Shown here piece after piece: positions 29,201 through 38,225 of a stretch of DNA of 63,256 nt; the stretch's first letter is position 1; each line of letters starts with the position of its first letter. The translations under genes were made by a program, and so were the position numbers. The notes under the pieces are model-generated. The model saw only the letters and a program-made list of their open reading frames with translations, made no database searches and was not told the origin of the DNA. Source of the stretch: a virus (Duplodnaviria; Heunggongvirae; Uroviricota; Caudoviricetes); IMG/VR virus record IMGVR_UViG_3300025575_000276. One strand, given 5' to 3'.

Positions 29201-31823
29201 TGGCCTCAATTTTTGCATTTTCTACCTGAAAGCCTCTTTCGATCTTTACAAGATTAGAAATATGTGCTTTAGCAGCATCGTTAATCGGACTGTTCCCTGC
29301 GATCTTATCAGCATCAAACACATTGGTTTGTAGCATTGCATCATTAGATCTCTTCTCAATAGCTTGAGACCTCTCATCTAGTATTGTCCTTGCCTTCTCT
29401 ACATTCAAGGCATACTCTTTTTCTTGAGCTAAGTAGGAGTCGAATGAGAAGAAATCAGGGTGAGTAGATGGGAGTTTATTGCCTTTCGCATCCACATTAA
29501 TAGTTGGAAGATGATCGAATAATGATTTCTTATAGTAGTGAGTTGACTCCCTACCAGTAACGAGATCGCTAAGGTATTTATCATTTAAAGCAATCTGAGC
29601 CTGTTTCTCTTTAATTCGAGCATCCAGATCAGGAGAACTTTCTTCGGCCTTAAGATCGGTTAGTTTCTTTAAATCTTGAGTGTAATTGAGCCGGTTATTT
29701 ATAGCATCGGCTGCATCTTTCTTAAATCCTTCTAATGTAGCCTTGCCACCATCAACAACAAGTTTCCTAGTTGCTGCATCTAACATCCCTCCATTTTCCA
29801 TTGGAGTGGCAAGTTGTACCTGAGATTTAGCAAACTCCCAGTACGATTTATATACCATCAGATTGACCTCATTCTGAGAGTACCTTTCCAGAGGATCTAC
29901 ACTATCTGGTACAGGAGGTTTCCAGTTACCATTTTCATCCTTAGTGTACGTTACATTCTTAGACCCTTTGTTTTTCACAAGACTGAAGTTCGGATCAGTT
30001 AGATTCTTTTCAACTAATGAACTCGTATAAGGATCGGCTGCCATTTCAAATGCATCCTTGCCCAATGAAGGTATAGTAGAATCGTACCCAAAGAACTCCT
30101 TACCTAGTGTAGTGTGTCCCATTCCCTTTACAAATGCACCACCAAGACCTCCAAAGAAAGCACTGGAAGCAAGTTTTGCAGCAAAGGAATCCATATCTAC
30201 AGGTTCAAACTTACCTTTACCGGGAGTAGCTCCTTTATTCAAGTAGTCCTGGTAAACATTGTACGAAGATTTCCAAGCCTGTTCAGCAGAAGTTAAAAGG
30301 GCCATTTCCTTTGCTCCATGGTAGGTTGCTTCAGCAGTATCGTAGAACTTAGGTAGTTCTCCCTGAAGTTTAGCCAACTCGTCTTTAGCAGCCCTATACT
30401 TTGTTAGAAATTTATTTGAGGCAATATCGGCAACTTCTTCTCCTTCGGCACCTTTAGTAGCGTTTGCAAGATACCCAATAGAGTCCATCATCTGATCTCT
30501 CACCAACTTGGTTTCAACCTTATTAACCATAGGACCATATATCAGTTCTGATAGTTTACCGATATACATGTAAGTACCTACCATTCCCAAGTGCATTAAA
30601 GCAGCATCTGTCTTATTGATACCGGCTTTCTCAGCTTCTTCGGCAAACCCGGCAGATGCTTGAGCACCCATAGAGAATAAACTAGCTTGACTACCAATGA
30701 TTGCGGAAGCTGCACTAACGGCACCTTTCTCTTTAGCAGCAGCTCCAAACAGATCTAAGACACCTTCTGTAGAAGCTCCTACAGCCCTACCAATTGCTGA
30801 CATACCACTTAACATACTAACTATGTTGGCGGTGTTGGCTATGATAGATTTCATTTGGTAGGGATGTGCAGTCTCATCGATTGTATGATCAAAAGACCAC
30901 CGTTTAAGATAGTTGATCTTCTTATTCATACTTTCATCGACACCCTCTGAGTCCCCTGTAAGATGGTTGATGGTCTTGATCAACTGGAAAACTCCCTCAG
31001 TAGCATCCATGACAAAAGGTATAGCAGCAGTGTCAGGTACAAATTTACCTAGATTTCTGGTAAATGTCGATACAGCACTCTCGTCTTTACCATCACCGTT
31101 TAAGTAGGTATCTATCAGAGGTTCGGACTCCCAAGGTTTCAGGATGTTCTCAGGGTTATCTACAGGCTTACTGGAATCCATTTCCTTGAACTCGCCATAA
31201 CCACGCTGATCTAAAACAGGAGATCCGTCAGGATTAGATGCCAACTCATAGCCTTTACCAAAAGCTACATCAGTGAAACTTTTATTGAAGTTAAAATCAA
31301 TAGACCCATCGGCTTTCTTTACTCCCTTTGCTATTGCAGCTTCTTTTGCAGAAAGTAGTGAATGATCTATATCAGTCCCAGTGTACACTGCTTCCGGACC
31401 GTGTTTAATCTTCATGTGGTACTTTCTGGCATCTGGAGAATCCATTACCGTTGACTCAGAACCACGATCAAACGAAGTCTGACCTTGCTCTGCCATGTTG
31501 TACAGTCCAAGGGCTTGTCCGTATCTTTCTGTATACTCTTTATAATCAGAGATACCGAATTTATTCTTTATAACATCCCGAGTCTTAGGATTATTCCAGT
31601 AATAATCCTTATCGTGAATCTTAAAGTCCTGAGCACTGTACCCGGATTGAGTGACATCCGGTAAGCCTTTTATATCACCTGACAAAGTATTCATAATAAA
31701 GTCAGGACGACTATCCTTAGCTGGACTCGGAACTGGAGGGGTAACTCCCGAAGAGTCTGGAGTTAAGTTACTTTGATCTGGAGTTAAATTGCTTTGATCT
31801 AATGTGTCGTTAGTACTATCCAT
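23295..31823 (-). CDS. Giant virion protein with a central SF1 helicase domain
   Basis: Walker A GTWGSGKS (27813-27836), Walker B LYDEAT (about 27552-27570), VFIGDNLQ, VQGQEF and TAVSR, in SF1 order. Lies directly upstream of the RNA polymerase gene. Confidence 0.78.
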   Translation of the reverse strand: MDSTNDTLDQSNLTPDQSNLTPDSSGVTPPVPSPAKDSRPDFIMNTLSGDIKGLPDVTQSGYSAQDFKIHDKDYYWNNPKTRDVIKNKFGISDYKEYTERYGQALGLYNMAEQGQTSFDRGSESTVMDSPDARKYHMKIKHGPEAVYTGTDIDHSLLSAKEAAIAKGVKKADGSIDFNFNKSFTDVAFGKGYELASNPDGSPVLDQRGYGEFKEMDSSKPVDNPENILKPWESEPLIDTYLNGDGKDESAVSTFTRNLGKFVPDTAAIPFVMDATEGVFQLIKTINHLTGDSEGVDESMNKKINYLKRWSFDHTIDETAHPYQMKSIIANTANIVSMLSGMSAIGRAVGASTEGVLDLFGAAAKEKGAVSAASAIIGSQASLFSMGAQASAGFAEEAEKAGINKTDAALMHLGMVGTYMYIGKLSELIYGPMVNKVETKLVRDQMMDSIGYLANATKGAEGEEVADIASNKFLTKYRAAKDELAKLQGELPKFYDTAEATYHGAKEMALLTSAEQAWKSSYNVYQDYLNKGATPGKGKFEPVDMDSFAAKLASSAFFGGLGGAFVKGMGHTTLGKEFFGYDSTIPSLGKDAFEMAADPYTSSLVEKNLTDPNFSLVKNKGSKNVTYTKDENGNWKPPVPDSVDPLERYSQNEVNLMVYKSYWEFAKSQVQLATPMENGGMLDAATRKLVVDGGKATLEGFKKDAADAINNRLNYTQDLKKLTDLKAEESSPDLDARIKEKQAQIALNDKYLSDLVTGRESTHYYKKSLFDHLPTINVDAKGNKLPSTHPDFFSFDSYLAQEKEYALNVEKARTILDERSQAIEKRSNDAMLQTNVFDADKIAGNSPINDAAKAHISNLVKIERGFQVENAKIEARDRILKKTGQTELTPEQEKAISKLSRVDQVQMLLPDKDGFSIFDVDSTPTKKDGEEEAAYAARVDATRVNGETDNEFISRLEAKHYQLQNIEKKKAASLADINPTTYPFDVFKGNFTDTILDNEEADYAVRKETYHSVDKVPLAIKEDVLNKMNFLGAAIELNPLVSAFREQFKDQLNDDKDSIRLISPKTVGLRTVVWKELDPLKHKELLDEAAKSEKEDLAIYVKKLEQLDERWKRANRLAKADDANSFDPIEATNKKNATVLKRQFTEIHQNVIANLGITEFQSPELEELAGKLRGKAPMEFQERQLLTTQYFQALSKIWNSPELSKTGRISRKSITDKLAKVTGISQKLETLHAIMKLKFNLEIDHLKFNEDLSELIKENMEKGTNKGVSPTFEQREVIKQLLSTTLTRLKGKDTTLDDFLGDTITKMYDPTQFSKDSTVPVYYNDFITMFGTWGSGKSSFVPWYFLDMLGKELKNTPEAPSGVITAANIVAQRDNLNKNLTDRGLTPIEIGNNGSFTIDDLIEAVRNRDTKLNKAAIVALYDEATFIPKDKVLELHRELQQYNDSRNTRLQVVFIGDNLQGGYNETTPDEDGAPRVQNMNIGNDSLFPGLIQTNRLEFSQRTGSLPIADFLATMTQKTKKGDFQNQEVKTIWGTDASGKLSGMRIVDGKTLTEDTPEGGLNLWLHNIQEQKAANNDAYKAAYITDRDLSSHEMQAIEQRIKDKGMGEDILIVPFNKVQGQEFKTIVVDFGKTGEAGKEEGTLMYVNKKNRELEKISSISTAVSRVEDFVLFVNDAETESGFHNSNRNWSSEQSAESIKPVATKLTPEFYKKNTENTIEQLDNMITILSDGKSVPRKVVLSQENADPKVPGDLSSNKALTTYEIGKGTTIIEGLWNKLVPEGSINPADAVVFKEQLDNQMEEFSKLPTDEVRRQFIAENEIIHELNNYLHEVWGNERWEEGDISPYLVEFSDPDFNFPEADFNRLEDEVIESETMEMLSSSEEGPLEGVAYDLSGETLEYIEQELQDWYDVAPEIELMSIDDIPDEFKPSEGEETVDVVVKTKVPLIKLNPVSSGIKGLEEIRTSLSTSLDGLISGKTTTDQFVGELERIFGKENVSNIRELLKNLPVSSVKGSKSKGLTFRYDTTGKDTRNTLSISTDKVLDALDNFTSNGNIDEAKSKFIKETLENELVRATLSLYPPDPKLIDDVRVNITDEKVKTPNDVYRFIAKAISDPKTMGTVVDSTYLRDAIDELFKANDSEYAGVSKLFEDAYNNYNSKETTASSSGKPKLKDIPKIQVAKIGVSKLDAFKGTSTNEFIKLQAEQKLHDLEALRNKKLAGKGKAPEADTTDPNDKVEGVPEDVEDDNQRNLKDSSDAMIPTYTWVVPNMVKTKNVDDFFATHEVKAKVLAKIRDYETQGSKIFLKSGNILRMEHSTGKAKIDYPNLLNHDTLYLTTTGKRSNGTTYDIILATFPVDTTRIKGFMDVVSKSGGIDITSKFLNAREGGKDVVVGAGNPNIMKKKNGRITIKELMNKHSDKPEVNPELLPPMHFSKLFLDTSTSGSAIPVVFYSYNKSNIDMLHSEFKTGTHINEAFLKSNGIGRIPLDNVSRGLTDIKEMIPVLEGVKSTEVMSPNTKRQFLLTVREMYNNATDVPYKAFLSDLLTKFKIYDKGLGRQMREVKITQGNMDAKLKTDGAVDWRTGGDGFLSLLKNTDTAILEKFDSELKKTKSFPKGIMGNVDRDRIETLSAHKGLMATKESESSLSLLTTNYGKLSAPVIKFSPEFLSDVTGLKTKPDPMQIIPQTPGEGVPQPKTSQNIELAADSARKVTLKGMLPELIKQHVDDLKELKAQAVILGDDDLVATLTADILKADKVWRTAQRNPVKDAGTVLHEATTNIGNILPKITGLDLSPNSEISKLHQQLVEATKVGDISTVKNLMSDIAEATGDHPDIAKLVTKMLISLKVC
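31756..31800. repeat. 21-bp tandem repeat at the 5' end of the 2842 aa gene (DQSNLTP x2)
   Basis: TCTGGAGTTAAGTTACTTTGA and TCTGGAGTTAAATTGCTTTGA, two mismatches. Confidence 0.85.
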
Positions 31824-31838
31824 TCTATGTTTTATTTT

Positions 31839-33851
31839 TTAATATTGAAATGCACGTTTTGTTCCACCGGGAATTTTCCCAACACTTGTAGGGTCCATAC
31901 TTCCATCAAACATTTTATCGATTGCAGGACTGTAGTTAGGTTGAAGTTGGGTAAGAGGTGTGTTTGCTTGAGCTTCCCTGAAGTTCACTTCCTTACCTGC
32001 AACTAAATGTCCAATGTTTTTATTCATATCAGCAACAGCCGTAAAAGGAACTGTTACAAGGGTATTACTTGAATCATCGTGTTTAAGTCCATTTGCCTCA
32101 TTCCAAGTAGCCTGATCAACTTGAGTACTCTTTGTAGCGGAGTCGTGAAACTCTCTACTACCAATTAAGTGACCTCCTTGAGGAACTGTTATTTCCCCAG
32201 AAACTCCCCATTGGAAACTAACCTGTTGTTTCATATCCTCAGGTACAAGTTCCTGTAGGTGAGGCATTATTGAATTGTTAAGGTTTCGATACCTTTGTGC
32301 AAGTTCCTGAGTTATCTGGCCATTGTTCGCATTACGTTCACTATCAAGAGATTTAAGTTGCTGTGTATAACTATCCATAGCCCTTTGAATTCTTTCAAAG
32401 TTCTTACCTGAATAGTTCACAGGAACATTGTTCCTATCTACAAGTAACGGTGTGAACACGGCCTTAGAAGTAACCCCTTGTTGAATAAGGTTTTGACTTA
32501 ATTTGTCCCCATTTGTTAATCTAAGTGTCGCCAAATTAATAACATTGCCTAACTGACTCTGGCCAAAAGTTGCAGGTTTTGTTGAGGACCCAAGAGCTGC
32601 ACTTGGAATAGCCATTTTAGAACCGGGAACTCTAAAACCATTAGTGTTTTCCATAGTTCTTGTACCTAAACCACTATTTGCAAGTTCAAGATCGCTTACC
32701 ATTGAACCTGTTGCGGATGCCGTAAGATTACTGAATGAAGTAGAGTGAGTAGACTTGTTCTCTTTGAACTTTTCAGCAGCAAGGGTGAGTTTTTGGAAAA
32801 CAAAGTTCTCCCTTTCCTGATTCCAAAATTGAACCTTCACGTTTGGCATGGTATCAAGGTCCTTAAACTTATACTTTTTACCATCAACAATTATTGACTT
32901 CTCCCTTAGATCACTCCTTACCTTATCTCCTTCAAACATTTGAGCAAGTTGATCATCAGCAGCCTGATTCAATCCTCGTTTAGATTGAGCTGAAAGTGCA
33001 GTCCCCTTCATCATATCCATTACAGCAGCACGAAGTTGTTTTGAGTTACTACTGGAAGAACTGGAATCTTTTCTGATTCCTTGGGTGCCGTCTGTTGTAT
33101 TTATTGCAGCTCCGGTTGCAGCATCACGTAATTGGTCCCCACTAAAAGAATCTAGTTTCGCTTTAGATAGAGCATCACTAAGTTCGGAAGTTAGTTTTTC
33201 ACCACCTCTAGTCGTGATCATTGCAGCTATGACTGCTTGCTTTGCTTCTGAACTCTTTGCAAGATCAAGGTCAGTTTGAATTTGAGCATTTGTGGCAGAG
33301 TTAGTCATTGGAGTCCACTTAGATCTATTAGTATTCACCAAATTCGAATTTACCCAACCAACCTTTCCAGTTGCATTGTCCTTAGCATAGTACCTTCCTT
33401 TTTCATCTTCAGTATATAGTCCGGCTGCATCGTTTTCCTTAACTGTAGTATCATAGTTCTTCTCTCTCCGATCATGTCTTTCATTCACTACTGATTGAGC
33501 AGTTGCTACAGTTAGGTGAAGCTCTTTGATCTTGTCCCTACCCCTTTGTTCAAGAAGGTAATCTGGATCAATTGATGCTTGGGAGGCTATTTCATTCTGA
33601 AGGTCGTCAACTTTTGAGATTACAGTTTGAACATCTGCCTCATCACCTTTTAGCTTTGTAAGTTCAGACATATCCACACTAGGAACCTGTTTTCCTGAAG
33701 TTGCAACAGCACCACTGGGAGATCCTAATGCATAGTTGTTTGGATCAAGTTGCATTTCTTTTTGTTGAACAGAAAGTGGGAGTGCTTCTGAAGTATATAC
33801 GTAACCTCCTTGTTGGAGTTTAAGTACTTTTTGGAATGTTTCGTTTATCAT
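31839..33851 (-). CDS. Putative internal virion / cargo protein (670 aa)
   Basis: Lies between the cargo genes and the giant triad. N-terminal KLQQGG motif. Rich in Q, S and A; helical. Confidence 0.6.
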   Translation of the reverse strand: MINETFQKVLKLQQGGYVYTSEALPLSVQQKEMQLDPNNYALGSPSGAVATSGKQVPSVDMSELTKLKGDEADVQTVISKVDDLQNEIASQASIDPDYLLEQRGRDKIKELHLTVATAQSVVNERHDRREKNYDTTVKENDAAGLYTEDEKGRYYAKDNATGKVGWVNSNLVNTNRSKWTPMTNSATNAQIQTDLDLAKSSEAKQAVIAAMITTRGGEKLTSELSDALSKAKLDSFSGDQLRDAATGAAINTTDGTQGIRKDSSSSSSNSKQLRAAVMDMMKGTALSAQSKRGLNQAADDQLAQMFEGDKVRSDLREKSIIVDGKKYKFKDLDTMPNVKVQFWNQERENFVFQKLTLAAEKFKENKSTHSTSFSNLTASATGSMVSDLELANSGLGTRTMENTNGFRVPGSKMAIPSAALGSSTKPATFGQSQLGNVINLATLRLTNGDKLSQNLIQQGVTSKAVFTPLLVDRNNVPVNYSGKNFERIQRAMDSYTQQLKSLDSERNANNGQITQELAQRYRNLNNSIMPHLQELVPEDMKQQVSFQWGVSGEITVPQGGHLIGSREFHDSATKSTQVDQATWNEANGLKHDDSSNTLVTVPFTAVADMNKNIGHLVAGKEVNFREAQANTPLTQLQPNYSPAIDKMFDGSMDPTSVGKIPGGTKRAFQY

Positions 33852-33949
33852 TTTTGGAATGTATTATTATATATCAATATAATAATAAAAACTCACATTT
33901 ACAAGTATCAATTATAATCAAAAAAATTATAATTAGTATAGAATTAGAA

Positions 33950-33957
33950 TATCTTTG
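33950..33957 (+). promoter_or_regulatory. Bacteroidota sigma70 -7 element
   Basis: TATCTTTG, 49 bp upstream of the isolated plus-strand 147 aa gene. Confidence 0.5.
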
Positions 33958-34006
33958 TTCTGTCCTTAATATAGAGGATACCTAACTTAAAATATTTTAG
34001 TAAAAA

Positions 34007-34450
34007 ATGAAGTCAGTAATCCTAACCTTCTTACTACTAGGTACTATCGTAAGTAGTTCCTTCGCTCAATTAACTCTTTACCCCACTGAAAGGTCTGTGT
34101 TTTCATTAAATAACGATACAGGATTCAGTAAATCTTTTCAACCTTCAACACAACTAGAAGGTTTTCCAATATTCAGGTTGAATAGGGAACTTAAGTTTAT
34201 AGAAGTTGAAAACTCAGATGGGAAAAAAACACAGTTTAAAGTGAGTCGTATAATACATGCACCACATACTAAGTACTGGGAATTTATATCTATCAGAAAT
34301 GGTAATTCCTATGAGATCCACTTTAATTTAGAAGACAAGTACATATCGTTTAGGACCCCCAGTGACAAATATCCTTTCTTGTATATGATTGACAAGTACA
34401 CAATAGGGGAAATGTTCAATAATACAAAAGACCCTTACTGGGAAATGTAA
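34007..34450 (+). CDS. Secreted hypothetical protein, moron-like
   Basis: Signal peptide MKSVILTFLLLGTIVSSSFA-Q. The only plus-strand gene in the structural block, with its own promoter motif and terminator. Confidence 0.7.
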   Translation: MKSVILTFLLLGTIVSSSFAQLTLYPTERSVFSLNNDTGFSKSFQPSTQLEGFPIFRLNRELKFIEVENSDGKKTQFKVSRIIHAPHTKYWEFISIRNGNSYEIHFNLEDKYISFRTPSDKYPFLYMIDKYTIGEMFNNTKDPYWEM

Positions 34451-34454
34451 AAAG

Positions 34455-34482
34455 AAAAGGCCCGATGTTAACCGGGCCTTTT
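34455..34482. terminator. Bidirectional rho-independent terminator
   Basis: AAAAGGCCCG-atgttaac-CGGGCCTTTT between convergent stops at 34450 and 34488. Confidence 0.85.
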
Positions 34483-34487
34483 TATTG

Positions 34488-37400
34488 TTACTTACTACGT
34501 CTTGGAACTAACTGTTGGAAGAAGTCTGCATTTGCATCCGTAATTCGTTTAGTATGTAAGTACCTTACCTGACTCTCATCCGCATTTTGCCTCATGGTCT
34601 CTCCGGTAAGTTTTTGCTCTGCTCTTCGGGAGGCAGCTTCCTGTTTGGCTTGGAGAGCTACTACTTTGGCCTCGGTAGTAGCAGCGTTAGTATTCCCACC
34701 TGATTTAAACCTAGGTACAAGACCACCTTTCTTAAAGAACATACTTCCAATACTTCCAGTACCAATGTCCTTCCTAAGACTATTCATTGTGTTAGTACTA
34801 TAATCACTCGTGGCTTGAGTTTGGTTTGATCTATTCTTGGTTATGGCAGCTTCAATAATCGCCTTATTATGGGCATACATTGCTCCATCCTTTGACTTGA
34901 TGAAATCCTCGTAAGTCCCAGATGGGTAATTTGCTATATACTTGCTGTACATTGCATTCCCATTGGCCTCATTCTTGGTGTTCATGTCTTGGAGTTGGAT
35001 ATTGTTTGTCCTAGCATCCTGAACCTTATTACCATAATCGAAGTCATTTAACTCTTTTGTAAGGTAAGTACCCTTCTCAGAATTGATAATATTACGGTTA
35101 TACAATCGCATGAAAGTATCTCCCAACCACTTCTGTTTTGCCAGTTCACCATTGAGTTTTCCTTGAGCTGCCTGTGCCTGGTTCTGGAAAGTAATATCTC
35201 CATTTTGAGCATCGACCTGAGACTTCTGTTGGATGTTGTTCAAAGTGTCTTGTCTGTGAGCCTGAGTACTTACACCAATAGCTTGTGCGTTTGCATCAGC
35301 GACACCCTTTATTACGTTAGAAGCAACGGCAGCGTTTGCACGACCAGTAACTATAGAGGATGCAATATCAGAAGATCTAGGGATCAATGCTCTTGTTTCC
35401 GCAACAGAATTCTTCAACCGAGCCTCATCCTGATAACTTAACCCTGTTATAGGAGTTACTGGAAGTTGAGTTTGTTGAAGTAGTGGGCGATTAGGGATAG
35501 AAGCACTCTTAGGCTTAGTAAATACAGAATTAATTACATCTCCTACGTTCACATTGTTGAGAATGTTTTTAGCAGTATTTACCACACCATTACTAGTAGT
35601 GTCCTGTTTTCCAATAAGGTTCTGTCCTCCGGGAGTGATGTCCACCCTATGAGTTACCCACGGTTTGTCCATTACACTCTTTTGAGGATTCCCTACCTGG
35701 TACTCTGGTTTAGGAGTTAGAGGAGCAAGTGCCGGAGCATTTAAACCTAATCCCGGTTCATTTGGATTTATAACAATTGGTTTCCATGGAGCAGGTGCTG
35801 TTGCAGTCTTTACCATATTTTGAAAATCCGGATCGTCTAAAAGTGTAACTGGCTTCACTGGAACTGGGGCCGGAACAGGGTTCCCTCCCGGATGCATTCC
35901 AAGTGCAAGGTTTATACCATATCCGGCAGCTTCAAGGAACGGATTTTTAGGGGTCTTGAAACCTACCTGTCCTTTAACTATTTTCCTTGTAACAAGTTTT
36001 GCACCTTTCTTGGCCACCATGGGAGCAAGTTGTTGGCCAACGTTTACTGTAGGAATACTACCACTAGGGATCGTGTTCATAGGAGTAATACCTGCCATTA
36101 CTGGTTTCTTTTTCAAGATACCTGCAACAATATTGGCAATTGAGGTTACATCTACACCACCTACAGCATCTGGAACACCCTCGACAGGTTGTACTTGTTG
36201 TGGAGTTGTAGCGACTTGTAGTGCAGTCTGGCCCATTTTCAAACCTTCCTGTACAGTTGGGTCAGAAAAAACCTTACCAATACCTGAAAGAATCCCACCA
36301 ATGGAGTGGAGTAGAATCTTCCCACCTTTAGAGTGTGTTGTTGGGTCCAGAATTACAGAACCAACTCCCAGAGGTGAGTTTGTAGACACTGGATGGTAGT
36401 CAGTTGGTACAGTTATAAATTTACCATTGACGTATTTAAGTTTGTTCCAACTACTTCCCCATTTAGAAGGTGCATAGTAGTTCTTTGTATTGTCATTCGG
36501 ATCAGTACCAGTATAGATGTTGGCATGTTTTTCACTAAGTTCCTTGTTGAATACGTGAACGAATGTAGAGGGAACTTGAAATGATTGATCGTGGAATACA
36601 ATACCATTAGGGGTAGTTTCTTCGAAAGAGCCAGATGGTAATCTACGGATATAATTGGCCTCTGCATCCCTGTATACATCTGTATATGGTTTCCCACCTT
36701 CCGTACTTTTATAGATACTAGTGTTATGAATAAGATTTACAAGATTTGAATCCTTAGTGTTGTCAGTAACATTGTTTTGTATTGGACCATTGATTGATCT
36801 ATCATAAATTACTTTCCAACTCTTAGGGTTCTTTTCTGCGTAGGAAGGATTCAATTGAACTGTTTGTAGTCCTTTTGAAGTAACTTCTCTATAGTTAGTA
36901 TTATAACCTGAAATTGGATCCTTTTCTAACCCATCTGCTTTAGATGCATAATATTTTCCAGTACCGTTATCGAAGTAGATCTTATTGTAACCATCTAAGG
37001 CATACGGTGCCATAGGGAATAAAGATCTCAACTTAACCATATCTGACGGATCGATAGCAGGAACTGCCGGGGGTGCTAAGGTCGCATTACCGTCTGAAGG
37101 GGTTCCCTGATTTGGGTCCGGAGTATTGTTGAAACTATTGTGGTTTTTAACTACCACACTTCCACTTCCATTAGCACTCTTTCCGTTTCCTTTAACTTTT
37201 GACTTACCATTTTTAGGTTGATCTATTACAGGAGGAGGAGTAGGTGAAGGGGTAGCAGGTATCACTACTTTAGGAGTTTCTACAGGAGGTTCAGTTGCCG
37301 GAGGTGTTGTAGGTTGTTCTGATTTAGTGTATTTTACATGGCCATTAGAAACCATGTAGTCCAATAGTTTATCATACCCACCACCAGACAATCCAAGCAC

Positions 37401-37715
37401 ACCTTTACCCTCAAATGGGCCAGAGCGATCTTGTTCAGTCACACCTCCAAATCTGGAAGCATCGTTGTTCCCATTATTCCATCTCCATGCTGAAGCCGTA
37501 CCATCAGAACCTTTTTGGACACCAATCCCCAAGTCTGTAATGTTCTTTGTAACATTATCAAGTCTATGTAGATATTCTCTCTTTTTTCCGTTAGATAAAG
37601 TCGTGTCGTTAGTGATTCCGTTTCTGGCCGATTCTAGGTCGAGATTGCCGGAGGTATACGCATCTGGCGTAGTTCCTCCTTTTTCAAGTCTTTTCGTTCT
37701 ATTTACTTTAGCCAT
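34488..37715 (-). CDS. Putative cargo / ejection protein (1075 aa, P/G/N-rich, largely low complexity)
   Basis: Several [KR]xGG-type motifs (RLEKGG, HSKGGKI, AKKGAKL, FKKGGLV, RFKSGG). Position matches the crAss-like cargo genes. Confidence 0.6.
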   Translation of the reverse strand: MAKVNRTKRLEKGGTTPDAYTSGNLDLESARNGITNDTTLSNGKKREYLHRLDNVTKNITDLGIGVQKGSDGTASAWRWNNGNNDASRFGGVTEQDRSGPFEGKGVLGLSGGGYDKLLDYMVSNGHVKYTKSEQPTTPPATEPPVETPKVVIPATPSPTPPPVIDQPKNGKSKVKGNGKSANGSGSVVVKNHNSFNNTPDPNQGTPSDGNATLAPPAVPAIDPSDMVKLRSLFPMAPYALDGYNKIYFDNGTGKYYASKADGLEKDPISGYNTNYREVTSKGLQTVQLNPSYAEKNPKSWKVIYDRSINGPIQNNVTDNTKDSNLVNLIHNTSIYKSTEGGKPYTDVYRDAEANYIRRLPSGSFEETTPNGIVFHDQSFQVPSTFVHVFNKELSEKHANIYTGTDPNDNTKNYYAPSKWGSSWNKLKYVNGKFITVPTDYHPVSTNSPLGVGSVILDPTTHSKGGKILLHSIGGILSGIGKVFSDPTVQEGLKMGQTALQVATTPQQVQPVEGVPDAVGGVDVTSIANIVAGILKKKPVMAGITPMNTIPSGSIPTVNVGQQLAPMVAKKGAKLVTRKIVKGQVGFKTPKNPFLEAAGYGINLALGMHPGGNPVPAPVPVKPVTLLDDPDFQNMVKTATAPAPWKPIVINPNEPGLGLNAPALAPLTPKPEYQVGNPQKSVMDKPWVTHRVDITPGGQNLIGKQDTTSNGVVNTAKNILNNVNVGDVINSVFTKPKSASIPNRPLLQQTQLPVTPITGLSYQDEARLKNSVAETRALIPRSSDIASSIVTGRANAAVASNVIKGVADANAQAIGVSTQAHRQDTLNNIQQKSQVDAQNGDITFQNQAQAAQGKLNGELAKQKWLGDTFMRLYNRNIINSEKGTYLTKELNDFDYGNKVQDARTNNIQLQDMNTKNEANGNAMYSKYIANYPSGTYEDFIKSKDGAMYAHNKAIIEAAITKNRSNQTQATSDYSTNTMNSLRKDIGTGSIGSMFFKKGGLVPRFKSGGNTNAATTEAKVVALQAKQEAASRRAEQKLTGETMRQNADESQVRYLHTKRITDANADFFQQLVPRRSK

Positions 37716-37729
37716 AATAAGATTAAAAA

Positions 37730-37753
37730 GTCCGGGGAATTGACTCCCCGGAC
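37730..37753 (-). terminator. Intra-operon terminator
   Basis: GTCCGGGGA-attgac-TCCCCGGAC followed by TTTTT on the minus strand, ending 14 bp before the 1075 aa start. Confidence 0.7.
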
Positions 37754-37775
37754 AGTTGGTAATAAAACACGTTTC

Positions 37776-38132
37776 TTAGCGTTTCTTAGCGAAAACAGGT
37801 GCCACCTTCATTCCATATCTTCCCATTGGAGTACTGGATTGTTGATCTCCCTGCTGGTCTGGATTAGAGGCTGAAGCACCACTTGGCGCGCCTCCACCTT
37901 GAGCTCCACCGATGCCCATTGACTGAGCGAGTGCATTACATACTTGAAGGGCCATCTGAGGATCTTGCGTTTGAACCACCTGTGTCAACATTTGTTCGAG
38001 TTGACCACCACCTTGTCCACCGCCCTGTGAAGGGTCTGGTGCAGGTGCGCCACCTTGTGAAGGATCAGGAGCAGATCCACCTGCTTGAAATTTACGTACT
38101 CCGTACTTTGCTAAATAATTCGTTTTAGTCAT
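37776..38132 (-). CDS. Small G/Q/P-rich virion-associated protein (118 aa)
   Basis: RKFQAGG start, APDPSQGG x2, helical core EQMLTQVVQTQDPQMALQVCNALAQ, RYGMKV end. Confidence 0.6.
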   Translation of the reverse strand: MTKTNYLAKYGVRKFQAGGSAPDPSQGGAPAPDPSQGGGQGGGQLEQMLTQVVQTQDPQMALQVCNALAQSMGIGGAQGGGAPSGASASNPDQQGDQQSSTPMGRYGMKVAPVFAKKR

Positions 38133-38196
38133 GACTAAATTTTTTTATAGTTTATTTTTGATCAAGCTTTAATATAGTAATAAATACTGAGAATTG

Positions 38197-38204
38197 CAAA
38201 TATA
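38197..38204 (-). promoter_or_regulatory. Bacteroidota sigma70 -7 element
   Basis: TATATTTG on the minus strand, 64 bp upstream of the 118 aa start. Confidence 0.45.
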
Positions 38205-38225
38205 TTAAAACGAGAATGTATTATA

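Noticed and set aside
12270-31823. Inteins or self-splicing introns in the polymerase or helicase genes
   Set aside because: No C...HN intein termini, LAGLIDADG motifs or frame interruptions were seen near the catalytic motifs.
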